Source: Octopus sinensis
Taxonomy: Eukaryota
Direction of reading: 5' to 3'
DNA: 63,323 bases
Assembly: GCF_006345805.1 (NCBI RefSeq)
Contig: NW_021834528.1
Coordinates: forward strand, 1-63,323
This document shows positions 23,461 through 36,647 of the stretch, piece after piece. A program made the position numbers and the translations under genes. A model generated the notes under the pieces. That model did not search any database, was not told the origin of the DNA, and saw nothing but the letters and a program-made list of their open reading frames with translations. Numbering within the stretch: position 1 is the first letter of the stretch; each line of letters begins with the position of its first letter.

Positions 23461-24074
23461 TTTCTATACGGTATTTTTTGCATGTTTTATGTTTTTGTAT
23501 ATGATAAAAAATGTGGTTACTAAGGCGGCGAGCTGGTAGAGTGCTCATTACGAGCGAAATGAGTTCAAATGCCCACGTCGGAATCGAGAAAATAAGTACC
23601 AATTGAACACAGGGTCGATTTAATCGACTTACCCACTTCCCCAAAATTGCTGGCCCTGTGCCAAAAATATGAAACTAATATTATAATTAGTCTGGTAAAC
23701 AATATGTGAGGAAATCGACCCCAATGCAACATACAAAAATGGCTTCGGGGACTCAGAACGCAAAGTACCGGAACAAACACCATAATGGATTTTTTGCGAC
23801 GTTTTGATAATTCTGTCAGCTTTCTGTCTTATTTTTAATATATAATTCTTTCTAAAACAACGAAATTGGCCGAATCGTTGGCACGCCGGTCAAAAATGCT
23901 TAGCAGCATTTCGTCCCGTCTTTATGCTCTGAGTTCAAATTCCGCCGAGTTCGACTTCACCTTTCGTCTTTCTGAGGTCGTTAAAATAAGTACCAGTGAA
24001 CACTGGGATCGATGTAATCGACTTACTCCCTCCGTCTAAAACTGCTGGCCTTAAGCCAAAGTTTGAAATCAATA

Positions 24075-24644
24075 TATTGGGTTGTCCGGAAAGTTCGTGC
24101 CGATTTTTAAAGGAAAGAAAAAGGTCAATAAATACTTGCCATTACATTTTTGATCAACCAAATATGAACCATTTTGTTGCACAATGTGTCTTCATCTTTC
24201 CTTTAACTTGAAAATTCCCTCTTCCCAGAATTGAGGTGGTTTCATGGCAAAGAATTCATCAAGGTATCTTTTTACGTCATCCAAGGAATTGAAATTTTTA
24301 CTATTAGGACTATTCTGCAGAGACCTGAATAAGTGGAAATCCGAAGGAGCAATATCTGGTGAATATGGAGGGTGGGGTAACACATCCCAGCCGAGCTGCA
24401 GCAATTTTTGTCTAGTTCTCAAAGCATCAAGTGCCGAAAATGAATTTTCTTATCTTCCATTTTAAAGGGTTACAGAATTAACACAGGTTATAGGAACATA
24501 AACCTTCTTCCACGAAAAGATAGCTGAAACTGTGCTCTAAATGGAGGTGTAGTCAAATCCTATTTTATGGACTCAACCATGTTCTAAAATAAGTCGAAAG
24601 GTAAGCTACTATAAATCGGCACAAACTTTCCGGACAACCCAATA
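24075..24644 (-). mobile_element. Internally deleted mariner element
   Basis: TIRs TATTGGGTTGTCCGGAAAGTT(C/T)GTGCCGATTT. The transposase C-terminus reads WDVLPHPPYSPDIAPSDFHLFRSLQN (ORF 24192-24422). Confidence 0.93.
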
Positions 24645-26527
24645 TAACTCTTTCTAACTTTGGCACAAGACCAGCAATTTTGAAGAGAGAGAGGAAAGGT
24701 TAACTGCATCGACTGCAATGCTCAACATGTACCTATTTTATCGATCCCGAATGAATGAAAGGCAAATTCGACCTTAGCAGCATTTGAACTCAGAGCGTTA
24801 AGAGCCGAAAGAAATGCATCTTGTCCGGCATAGTAACGATTCTGTCAGGTCGCAGCATTATTTTTAAAATATACTCCTATAGGCACAAGGTCAGAAATTT
24901 AATGGGAGAAACTTGTCGATTACATTGACCCCATTGTTTCAACTGGTACTTATTTATCGAAAAGGATGAAGCGCAAAGTCGACCTCGGCGGGGTTTAAGC
25001 ATTTTGTCTGGCATCCTCTTTTACTCTTTTAATTGTTTCAGATATTTGACTGCGGCCATGCTGGAGTACCGCCTCTAGTCGAGCAAATCGCCCCCAGGAC
25101 TTATTCTTTGTAAGCCTAGTATTTATTCTATCGGTCTCTTTGCCGAACCGCTAAGTTACGGGGACGTAAAACACACCAACATCGGTTGTCAAGCGATGTT
25201 GTGGGGACAAACACAGACACACAAACATACACACACACACACACACACACACAACACACACATATATATATATATGACGGGCTTCTTTCAGTTTCCGTCT
25301 ACCAAATCCACTCGCAAGGCTTTGGTCGGCCCGAGGCTATAGTAGAAGACACTTGCCCAAGGTGCCACACAGTGGGACTGAACCCGGAACCATATGGTTG
25401 GTAAGCAAGCTACTTACCACACAACCACTCCTACGCCTAGTAACGATTCTGTCAGCTCGCCGCCTTATTTTTAATATATAATAAAAGAGTTATGACAAAA
25501 CTTGTTAAAAAATTTATCTGGTTGTTTTATTTGGGTTTTTTTGTTTGTTTGTTTGTTTTTGCCTAGGAGTATACAACTATAACAATCGATTTAACTTCTA
25601 CAGCTACAAACATGTAGAATTTACTCTCTTCGTTCTCATTCTGTTATTATGCTACAAACAAACAAACAAAATACGTGTTTTCGGAGCGTTATTAATTCTG
25701 TTTGTTTTAGCATTACTATAGCGCTATACAATAGTACTAAAGTAGTTTGAATAATCAAAATGACATGTTTATTTTGTAAAGAAGTATTATCCAAAAATAT
25801 ACACACCGATACTAACATTTGTTTGGTTGCTTGCTTGCCTTTTTTTTTCTATATCTATTTTGTCTGCTTTTTTTTTCGCTTTCTTTTGTTTTTGTTTTTA
25901 TTTTATATATTTTGCTTGAGTCAGAAAACCAGTTATTTCTGTATCAGCCACTAGAAATACTAACAGTAATTGCTGCTCCATAAGCTGCTACGTTTCTCTT
26001 GTTGCTCTCCAGATTATATTCACACTGTCGTCATGTATCAAGTCTCTGAAACAATGGTAAACGATTAAAATAGAAGCTGTTTTAAAATGACATTTTGCTC
26101 TTTTATTTCTTTTACTTGCGATCATGCTGGAGCACCAACTTGAAGGCATGATTCGAACAAATTAACCTAGTACTTTTTTTAAAGTTTGATACTTATGTAG
26201 AGAATTTAGAAGACTGTCACGGGACCTTATCAGAAGGTTGCGATCGGTTGGATCGCATATTGGCGCGTAATACAGCAAGAGACAAACTGCGCCAATACTA
26301 ACCAATCAGAGTAGTGGACACAATATGGCCCAAGCTGCCGAAAGTTAGCTGTTATCTGCTACGTCCGTATTTATGTTATATATGTCACAGAGAGAGGATG
26401 AATTTCATTAAGGGTACGCTACACTTATTTTCTCAGTCTTGTTTCCGAACCGCTCAGTTACAGAGACGTAAATAAACCAACACCGATTATCTAGCTATGG
26501 AAATACACACACACACACATTATAAAG

Positions 26528-26582
<55 letters not shown>

Positions 26583-26904
26583 CATACATGCATACACGAT
26601 AGGTTTCCACTCAGTTTCCGTCCACTAATTCACTAACAAGGGTCGGGAGCTATACCACACAGCCATGGCTTGACCTTGGAGAATTATACATTTCCAAATT
26701 TTGTTTATATCCTCCGTATGCTGTATGAAATTCAATGAAGCTAACTCTGGATTTACTTATTGAATGAAGTACCTTGAAACTGTTTATCTTAAACAATTCT
26801 GTATGTTCCCTATCAGCCGATGTCGTTAGCTAGATCTGGATTATATTAGAGCGCTAATAAGGTACTTACTCAAATTCCAAATCCCTATCCGTTTATGTTG
26901 TGTG

Positions 26905-26950
<46 letters not shown>

Positions 26951-27257
26951 GTGTGTGTGTGTGTGGTGTGTTGTGTGTGTGTGTGTGTGTGTGTCTGTGT
27001 CTGTGTCTGTGTGTGTGTGTTAAAACCGATCCAGTGGCCTGTTGCTCAGGAGTTTCTATGGCACGGAACCGCTTCAACACACAAGTTTAAACTGAGGTTA
27101 GTTTGAACTTGCCTGAAGAAGCAACTACACGTCACGAACACTCTGAGCTACAAGACTGGCCTTCTAAACTAATGTACTCTACGTATGTACTGAATACTTC
27201 TCCGTGTCGTTCCTTAACAACAGTATGTATATATGTGTGTTTGTGTGTGTGAGTGAG

Positions 27258-27302
<45 letters not shown>

Positions 27303-28303
27303 ACGCACGCGCACTCACACACACATATTAAAACAAGGAAAGGATAGAGAAGGAGGGCAAAGAAAAGAAGGTGCGTGAATCGGGTATGCTTTGGTAGAGG
27401 TAATGGTACACAGCTTGCTTGTAGCAGTAGCAATGGAAGAAGGGACGAATTAATGATTGTAATGTGTTGAAATGTGAAATATTGCCATGAGGTGTATTGG
27501 ATTTCATATGATTTTCGATTTGTACATATCAGCCGTTCTTTCCGTGCCAGAAGAACGGGAATGGGAACACTTTTATTCTTCTTAAATATAGAGTGTAACA
27601 ATTTGAGAAAAACTAACTAGAACGTTTAAGATAACTTGTAAATAGAGAAATATGTGCCAAGATATTTTTAAAACAGAGAAATATGAAGAAAAAAACACAG
27701 GCGTTGCCGTTGTTTGGTAAGTGACTCGATGTAAGATTGTGTTGAAACTGAAGGAATTAATTCGTAGAACTAATTTAATTATCTAAAAACACAAAAAATT
27801 GTTACGGTCACTTCTCATTTTTATTTTATGAGTTGACAAAATTTGGTTGCACCTCTGCGATCTGTGTAACCAGTAATCAGGTTCGCACCTCTGCAACCTG
27901 ATCACTGACGAAAAAAAAAAAAGAAAAGCACCAAGTAATTAAAGCTCAACCAGTGAAATTCTATTATGTGTTAGATGTGGCACAAGGCCAGCAATTTCGG
28001 GGAAGGGAGTAAGTTGATTACATTGATCCCAGTGTTCAGCTGCTACTTATTCTATCCACTTTGAAAGGATGAAAGGCAAAGTTGATCTCAGTGGAATTTG
28101 AAATTAGAACGCAAATACAGACGAAAGACTGCTAAACCGTAAAGGTTCATGTATAATGCGTTACCATATATAAAAGTCATCTTGATTTTAGGGTCTAAAT
28201 TGTGTTAAAAATATAAAACTTGCAAAGCATGTTGAATAAGACAACTGCCAAAAAAACTGGTAATTCTGATAAAATCCAATATTTCGTTTTATATAAAATA
28301 TAT

Positions 28304-28353
<50 letters not shown>

Positions 28354-29255
28354 AATTATTGTATACAGTGCTCAGGAGCACCACAACTTGTCAAAAGTGC
28401 GTATAAAGTATATATCAATTATATATAAATTATATATCAATTATATTGATATATAATTTTTTTAAGATATTTTAAAAAGTAAAGTTTTATTACATTATTG
28501 TGCTTGTGTTTTTTCTGCATAAATAAGGGTAAGGGGGGAAATTGCAATCTAATATGAGTGTGTTATACTCACCCCTATTTTTGATTTTCATTTTGGTTGG
28601 AAAAAAGTAGTATTAAGAGTTTTACGGTACGAATTAAGATATTAATGTCTTTTAACGAAGTCCAAGCTCAACTTCCTAAAGAAAGGTGTTGTGCACGAGG
28701 CGCTTGAATCGACCTTATGTATTGTTATTTCATAAACCACTGAAAAATTAAATGAAATGCAAAATAGACCACGGCAGAGTTCGCACTCAGATCGTAAAAA
28801 GCACGAAACTGAATACTGTTGGACGTTTAGCTTAGCAAGTATTCTATCTACTATTTCTGTTAACTTATCTTTCTTAATTATCTCCATATTCCTCGCAGGA
28901 ATTTTTCACCATCTTTCGATAAAAGATCTGTCTACCGACAAGTCGCTGTTTATAATTCTTATTTGTGTTTAGTCTGCGGTAGTTGGTTGCTTCAGCCGGT
29001 GTTTTCAAGCAAGTCTTATTTATTATATTTTCTTTTAAATGCTTCAACATAGAACCTAATCCACCTCTTTATTATTCTTTGCAAGTTTTATTATACTTAA
29101 TGCCTCTTAAAAGCCAGATTGTTGCAAGAATGAGGTCGGTGGAAGACACACTATTAATAGATTTTGTTTGAGTAGATTTTTCTTGAAATATGCTATATAT
29201 ATATGTGGGAATGTGTGTATTGGACTACTGCGTCCATGCTGGGGCACCACTTTCA

Positions 29256-29292
<37 letters not shown>

Positions 29293-29519
29293 CTAGGTAG
29301 CTGTTTGGCAATGTATCATCAAAAAGGAAAACAAAATTGTCATTAAATATAACAGAGGATGTTAGAATACCTACAATGCTAGACATAAGAGCTGAAGTGC
29401 TCTGATGCTGCTATCAACACACGCACATAATTGTATACATACATACTGACAGCGACCGTAAACGTCCGAAAGTCGCAGTCGTGATATCACTGGACCGCCG
29501 ACAGTATATATATATAACT

Positions 29520-29691
29520 CTGTTCAACATAAACATAACGTCGTAAGAAATTTGAAAAGCTAAACGCGAAACCGGTCTTTCTTCTAAACTATGTCATTGT
29601 AAGAAACAAACTTTTAATATTCTTCAGACATATTGACTCAAATATATATATTTTTTAACCTTTAAGCCTTCTGTAGTTTTTCACTTTTTAC

Positions 29692-29700
<9 letters not shown>
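29520..29700 (+). mobile_element. Solo diverged pLTR fragment of the same PLE family with U3:A8 hammerhead (29545-29583)
   Basis: aaacataacgtc..AAGAAAT TTGAAAA GCTAAACGC GAAA CCGG TC TTTCTT...aatattcttcagacatattgac...ttaagccttctgtag aligns to 14170-14350 and ends in (TA)n. Confidence 0.75.
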
Positions 29701-29739
<39 letters not shown>

Positions 29740-29784
29740 GGTATGTATATGTTTCCCTGTAAGTTTGGAGTTATACTCAGCTAA

Positions 29785-29817
<33 letters not shown>

Positions 29818-29992
29818 CTCAGATCAAGTCACTCGCTATGCAAGTACAACTCCGTAATATATATATATATATATTCAAAGTGAGATTCCTGCATAGACGC
29901 AGTACAGTGACTGAAACAGGTAAAAGACAAATATACGTGTGTGTGTGTGTGTGTGTGTATGCGTGCATTTATTCGGATATCTAGCTAGATAG

Positions 29993-30061
<69 letters not shown>

Positions 30062-30839
30062 CATACACACACACATACGTACATACATACATACATACAT
30101 ACATACATACATACATACATACATACATAATATGATTCATCAAGGTGATGAAAAGCCCAGATACTTTCACAGACGAATCTGTTCTTTATTAACCATTAAA
30201 GTTGAAACATAGATGGGACAATATAAGGACAGACAAGATAACACAAACAAAAAGGTGGGTGGGGGACAAATGAAAAATGGATCTATGATACAAGATGAAA
30301 CAGGGGAAATGATGATTACACGGGCCTCACGACTCACGCAACATCATTGAACCTTGTACAAGCAAATAACAAACATGCACAATTATAAGCTTACTTTAAT
30401 CAACATGGTAATTTTCAAAGCATATCGATCACAGTTCGAAAAGGAGTAGCAAAAAGATAAATTAAAGAACCATGCAATGATTTTGAGCACGTTATGTATT
30501 CAGTTGTGGAAGGGTTTATGTGTGAATCTTAATATGTGGCCATGGTGGTTTTCTGGGTGATGTTAGTGGCGTGATATGCTGAGTGAATGGGTTGTAATTA
30601 GTTCTGTTACGTGGTGACATGATTCACAACTATTGTTATTATTCCTGTATTAATAAACCGCTTGTTTCTTCAGGCCGCCTCAACAGAGATACGTTTTATT
30701 ACGCCGCCCCAGGAATCTGTCTCCTCATTAGCATTGGTTGGTCATCAATTTCGTGTTGTGAGTCCTAGTCAATAACTCTAACGTAACTAAATGATCTTCG
30801 CTGTAGAAGATTTTTTAGCTCTAAAATAACTACAAATAT

Positions 30840-31445
30840 TGGTTTCAAATTTTAACACAAGGACAGCAATTTCGGAGGAGGGTGTAAGTTGATTACATGG
30901 ATCCCAGCACTCAACTTGTAATTATTCTATCGAACACTGGAAAGAGGAAAGGCAAAGGTGACTTCAGCAGAATTCGAACTCATAACGTAAAGACGGACGA
31001 AATGCCGCTAAACGTTTTGCCCTAGCTACTAACGTTTCTTATTTCTTTATTGCCCACAAGGGGCTAAACCTAGAGGGGACAAACAACGGGATTAAGTCGA
31101 TTAGATTGACCCCAGTGCGTAACTGGTACTTAATTTATCGATCCCGAAAGGATGAAAGGCAAAGTCGACCTCGGCGGAATTTGAACTCAGAACGTAACGG
31201 TAGACGAAATACCTATTTCTTTACTACCCACAAGGGGCTAAACACAGAGGGGACAAACAAGGTCAGACAAACGGATTAAGTCGATTATATCGACCCCAGT
31301 GCGTAACTGGTATTTATTTAATCGACCCCGAAAGGATGAAAGGCCAAGTCGACCTCGGCGGAATTTGAGCTCAGAACGTAGCGGCAGACGAAATACCGCT
31401 GAGCATTTCGCCCGGCGTGCTAACGTTTCTGCCAGCTCACCGCCT
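30840..31445 (-). mobile_element. Three head-to-tail SINE family B copies
   Basis: Repeated ccccagtgcgtaactggtac...aaggatgaaaggcaaagtcgacctcggcggaatttgaactcagaacgt. Confidence 0.85.
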
Positions 31446-34400
31446 TGTACACTAAAAATATTAACAAATTACAAGTGAGCTTACAAGTGCATACCACTAC
31501 ATCGCTTGTGTGAGTATTTACTGTTATAGGTTAAGTAGTAGTTTATAAGCAAGTAGTCAGTTAAATTAATAGGTGCCGTTAACTGGTGTCCACCTGTTCG
31601 TTCATTTACACTAAATCCCGACCTTAAATGCTTTCAATCAGATAATGGCTACAAGCATGAACAAAAAGCTCAGTTAATCTTTTTGCCTTCTTTCTTGGCA
31701 TAAGAATTGTATTTACATTATACTAACTAACCGCGCCGTTAGAGAATACTTTTGATTCGTTAACTAACATTCCTGTCATTTGTTTAACTAAATAGGCATA
31801 AAAGAAAAAAAATGTACCCTAATAGCACAGAATGTGTGCATGTGTGTGTACATACACGTGTATACATACACGTTTATATATGTGTGCGTATGTGTGTATG
31901 TATATATAAGAGCACACGCATACATGCACACACATATATACACGCATACACACAAACACACACATACATAAGAACAAGAGATTAGAAGAAAATGGAAATT
32001 TGCTTTTATTTTCGTACAAAACGCTTAAGAGTGCTTGATACACCGTTTTGGAAGATATCTAGTTAACATAAAAACGGGTTGTCTATGTATGTGTATGTGC
32101 GTATGTGAATGTATGTATGTATGTATGTATGTATGTATGTATGTATGTATGCATGCATGCACGCATGTATACGTGCGAAGGTTTAGGAAGTAGGATATCA
32201 GTCCGCACCGTCTGTTTCACACATTCCATGTATTTTTTTGTCTTGACAGTAATCATCAGCGCAATGTAATCCCTTGTGCATATTTACTCCAGCATACTTT
32301 ACAATAACCAAACTTGTCTGTAATACCTGTCTGTCATTGACTAGTAATAACAGAAAAGAAGTGTGGCTCAAACTAACGAGATTTCAACACTTAAATCGTA
32401 TTGATATTTTCTCTTTGAATATGACATATCCATTTCAGCAATTTTATTGCTGGAAATTAATACACCGCCACCAACGAACGATGTTATCCAAGGGAAAGGC
32501 AAAGGCTTATACAGCTTGGCACCAGTGACGTCGTAACTTATTTCTACAGATGAGTAAACTGGAGCAATGTGAAATAAAGTGTCTTGCTCAAGAACACAAC
32601 ACGCCTTAAGTCTAACCCCCATACAAAGTATTGTTTATAATTTGATACACACATATAATCTTACATTTAAGTTTTTTAAAACCCGAGATAAATATATACA
32701 ATATGATAAATAAAAATTAAAGCGGCTTATATCAACGGAGTTTCAAACCTTGCTTTTAGAAAACTACGAAAATGAACATTTTAGCCTGTGGTTGTATCAA
32801 ATAACTCCTTCGGAGTACCAATTCACAAGTGTACCTGTACACATTAAAATGCATAGCGCTTCGCTATATGTATTGCGTGATTACTTTACTTCGCTCGGGG
32901 TGTTCTTTTTTAAGAATGAAGGGTTTGGTGTGAAGAAATTTGAGTTACTATTCATAACAGGTCGAGCGGCTAAGTAGAAGTTTCTTTGTTGGCTTGTTAT
33001 CGTCTTGTATTTCTGTAATGGCGATGAAGAGTAATTTCACTCAGTCATAGACGACCATTCAAAAGATTGATTAAAATCTTCAGCGGAAGAGTAGAAATTT
33101 TAGAGCAGAAGTAATTCTGAAGTACTAATTAGTAGTGATTGCTAGATATGATGAACCTGGCGTCAGTCTGTATTCAAAACAAAGGAAAGAAGGTTCAAGT
33201 TCTATTAGTAGATCGTGGATGAGTATGTATGAGATAGAGAGACGATAAGATAAAGAGCTCATTAAATATTTGGACATTTGTATGTTTTTGTGTTTGGCAT
33301 GACTAAATAGTTAAGACGTTAGCTTTGCAGCCATATGGTTTTGTGTTCAGTTTCACAGCTTGGCACCTTCTACTACAGCTCCGGACCAACCAATGACTTG
33401 TGACTGAATTCGGTTGCCGGAAACTGTGTGGAAGCCCGACATGTGTGTGTATGTCTTTGTGTTTGTGTTTTTCCCTCCCTCTCTGCTTCTCTACTTGGTA
33501 ATCGGTGTTGTTTTGTTTATGTCCCCATAAATTAGCGGTTCGGCAAAAGAGACCCATAGAATAAGTCCCAGGCTTTAAAAAAACCAAGTACTGAGGTCGA
33601 TTTTTCCGACTAAATCCTTCAAGGTAATGCCCCTGCATGGCCGAAGTCCACTGACTGAAACAAATAAAAGCTTCTTCTTCTTTTTTTAAATAAGTAGACG
33701 CAGGCATAGCCGAGTAATTAAGAAGTTCGCTTTAAAATCATGAGTTCCCTAATTCGATTCCATTACATGTTATCATGAGTAAATATCTCTTACCTTAGCC
33801 TCGGGTCAAACTAATTCATGTGAAACAGACGGAAACTGACTGGAAGACTGTCGGATGGATGGTATCTATAATTAAAAGGCTCAGTCTCATCTCGTATTGT
33901 GTCATAGGACTGTTGGCAGTTACGTGACTTGGCCATACACTCAGTACAGAAAACTAAACAGCACTATGATACCTATTTACGGTTATTCGAACAAACATCA
34001 ACTTTAAGCTTCGTAAAAAAATTTGTTTAGTATACTAATGAATAGGCTAGTTAAAAGATTGGTGATAGTTTGTCAGGTGTCTTAATAACAGTCAAAGCAT
34101 TATATTTATCGAAGTACAAGGCGATCGATCGTCAGAATATTTACAGCGCGGGACAAAATGTCATGCACTAATTGTATTGGCTCCTTACGTTGAGTTCAAA
34201 TTCAGCCGTTATCAACTTCACCTTCATCCTCCTGAGATCTCGATAAATAAAGCACCAGTGAAGCACTAGGATGTATTCTTCTCATTCTCTCACAATCGAC
34301 TTTGCTGCACAATGAGAAAACAGTGGAAGACCACTCACGGTGTGCCCTTCCGCCATAAAACAGAAGTTGAGTGAGAGTCATAACAAACTTTTCTCATCTA

Positions 34401-34845
34401 ACATTCTATAAAAACTGTTTAAATACGATAGAGAGTATAGAAGGACTAATGTGTTTGTACAGCATAGTCATTCATCCAACCATCTTTTCCGCCCACTATT
34501 CCTGGGAGAGGGGACATTGTGGGTAGAGTCTTCAGACACCTCTTCTATAGGGTCTTACCAGAAGTAACCATCATTATACTTCTTGGCTGGATTCCCAAAC
34601 GTGACCAACTGGGACCCTCTTTACTCTCTCTTATACTTGTTTCAGTCATTTGAGTGTGTCCAAGCTGGAGCACCGCCTTTAGTCGAGCAAATCGACCACA
34701 TGACTTATTCTTTGTAAGCCTAGTACTTATTCTATCGGTCTCTTTTGTCGAACCGACAGCATCGGTTGTCAAGCGATGTTGGAGGAACAGACACAGACAA
34801 ACAAACATATACACACACACATACATACATACATACATACATACA

Positions 34846-34948
<103 letters not shown>

Positions 34949-35832
34949 GACGGGCTTCTTTCAGTTTCCGTCTACCAAATCCACTCACAAGGCTTTGGTC
35001 GGCCCGGGGCTATAGTAGTAGAAGACACTTGCCCAAGGTACCACGTAGTGGGACTGAACCCGGAACCATGTGGTTCGTAAGCAAGCTACTTACCACACAG
35101 CCACTCCTACGCCTATGGATATTATCCAACCAGCTCATTCTTGGTCTACCCGTAAGTCTCCTGTCGGTCGGCTCGGCTTGAAGAACCAGACTTGCGACTC
35201 TTTCTTGCTATATTCTAATAACATTCTTTTACTACAGCCTAGAACGGTAAAAAAATACCGAAATACATTTATTTGTTTAATTTTGCTGAGGAATGAATCG
35301 TCATTGTAGACACCCATCCTTTACGGCAAACAGTGTATGTATCGGGAAAATTGCTTTCTGGATCATTAGCAGTTTTCAGTTCTTGCTTATCCCTGCCGCC
35401 CTATGTAGATATAAGCTGTGATCACTTGGTAAAATGGAAACTTAAGTGGGAAATAACAATATTTAACGAGCAAATAAATCGTCTGAGTGCGTGTATGTTT
35501 ATTTGTTTGTGTGTACATACATACACCCACACATACATACATACATACATACATGTCTAGATATGCAAGTATATGCATGAGAAGACATACATAAAACAAA
35601 ACATACAAATCTGCACGTATACATACACACACACACACACACACACATACATACATACATACATACATATACATACATACATACATACATACATACATAC
35701 TACATACAAAAATTCTCTTGATGTTTTTGAAATTCCAATGAAGGAGCCTTGGATCGAGGTTAGAAACCGGCTCTTTTTCTATTGGCAGGACATCTTGAAA
35801 TAAAACTGAATAATGGCACATATATACATACA

Positions 35833-36644
35833 TATGTGGTTTGATCATTAAGTATCCAGACTGTTGCCATAGCAACGAGATTAAAGCACGCAGAGTAAAG
35901 CTGCTAGGGAAAGATTGAACTTGAACTCTGTTGCGCATGCGCACTAACTTTTAGCGTTCTAGTTCACTTCCGCTTTTTACAGCAGTGCTTGGAAGGAAGA
36001 TGTGTAGCGTGTAATCATCGCATTGACCATGTCAGAGAAAGTTGAGCAGAGAATCGGCATTAGAGTTTGACAAAAGATTGGTGATACCTGCTCAGAGGCC
36101 TACACAAAATTTTCAAAAAGTTTTCATCGTTCTTGACACAATCAAGGAGACCTTGCGCAACTGAAACCCGAGTGTCTTTTTGGTCAGCATAAGGACATAG
36201 AAACCCTTACTTTGGATCGAGCTGGATGGCGAGCAAAAGTGCGGAGTGGAGTGAAAACCTTTGAGAAGGTCAGGATAACACATGTAAGACTGAAGAGAGA
36301 TTTAAAGAAGAATGTTGCGATCGAGAAGGTGAATCTTATTGACCTTTTTGTGTGTACAGTTTGTGATAGATCATGCCTTTTCTTTCCTGGGATCAAATCT
36401 CATTTGCGAATCCAGGAAGAGCGAACCTCCACCAACTATTCTGCCTAGATATCTGCACACACCTTTCAATGCCGTGTATGTCATAAGGTCTGCAAATCTA
36501 ACAGCAGAAGTGAGCTAGAACGTTAAAACTTAGTGCGCATACACAGCAGTGTTCAAGGTCAATCTTTACCAAGCAGCTTTAATCTGCATGCTATAGTTTC
36601 GTTACTATGGCAACAGTCCGGATACTTAATAATCAGACCTCGTA
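35833..36644 (+). mobile_element. Mariner-derived non-autonomous element with ~140-bp TIRs, carrying a transposase N-terminal stub and an RTE fragment
   Basis: Left tatgtggtttgatcattaagtatccagactgttgccatag...cgttctagttcacttccgct versus right agcagaagtgagctagaacg...ctatggcaacagtccggatacttaataatcagacctcgta. A decayed mariner start MSEKVEQRIGIRV begins at ~36029. Confidence 0.8.
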
Positions 36645-36647
36645 CGT

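Noticed and set aside
26214-26400. TGTCAC-bounded segment with a CCAAT box as a solo LTR
   Set aside because: No TG...CA inverted termini, TSD, PBS or PPT could be verified.
28642-28887. 81-aa minus ORF (MEIIKKDKLTEIVDRILAKLN...)
   Set aside because: No recognisable motif or splice signals, and there is an upstream in-frame stop. It cannot be supported without a homology search.
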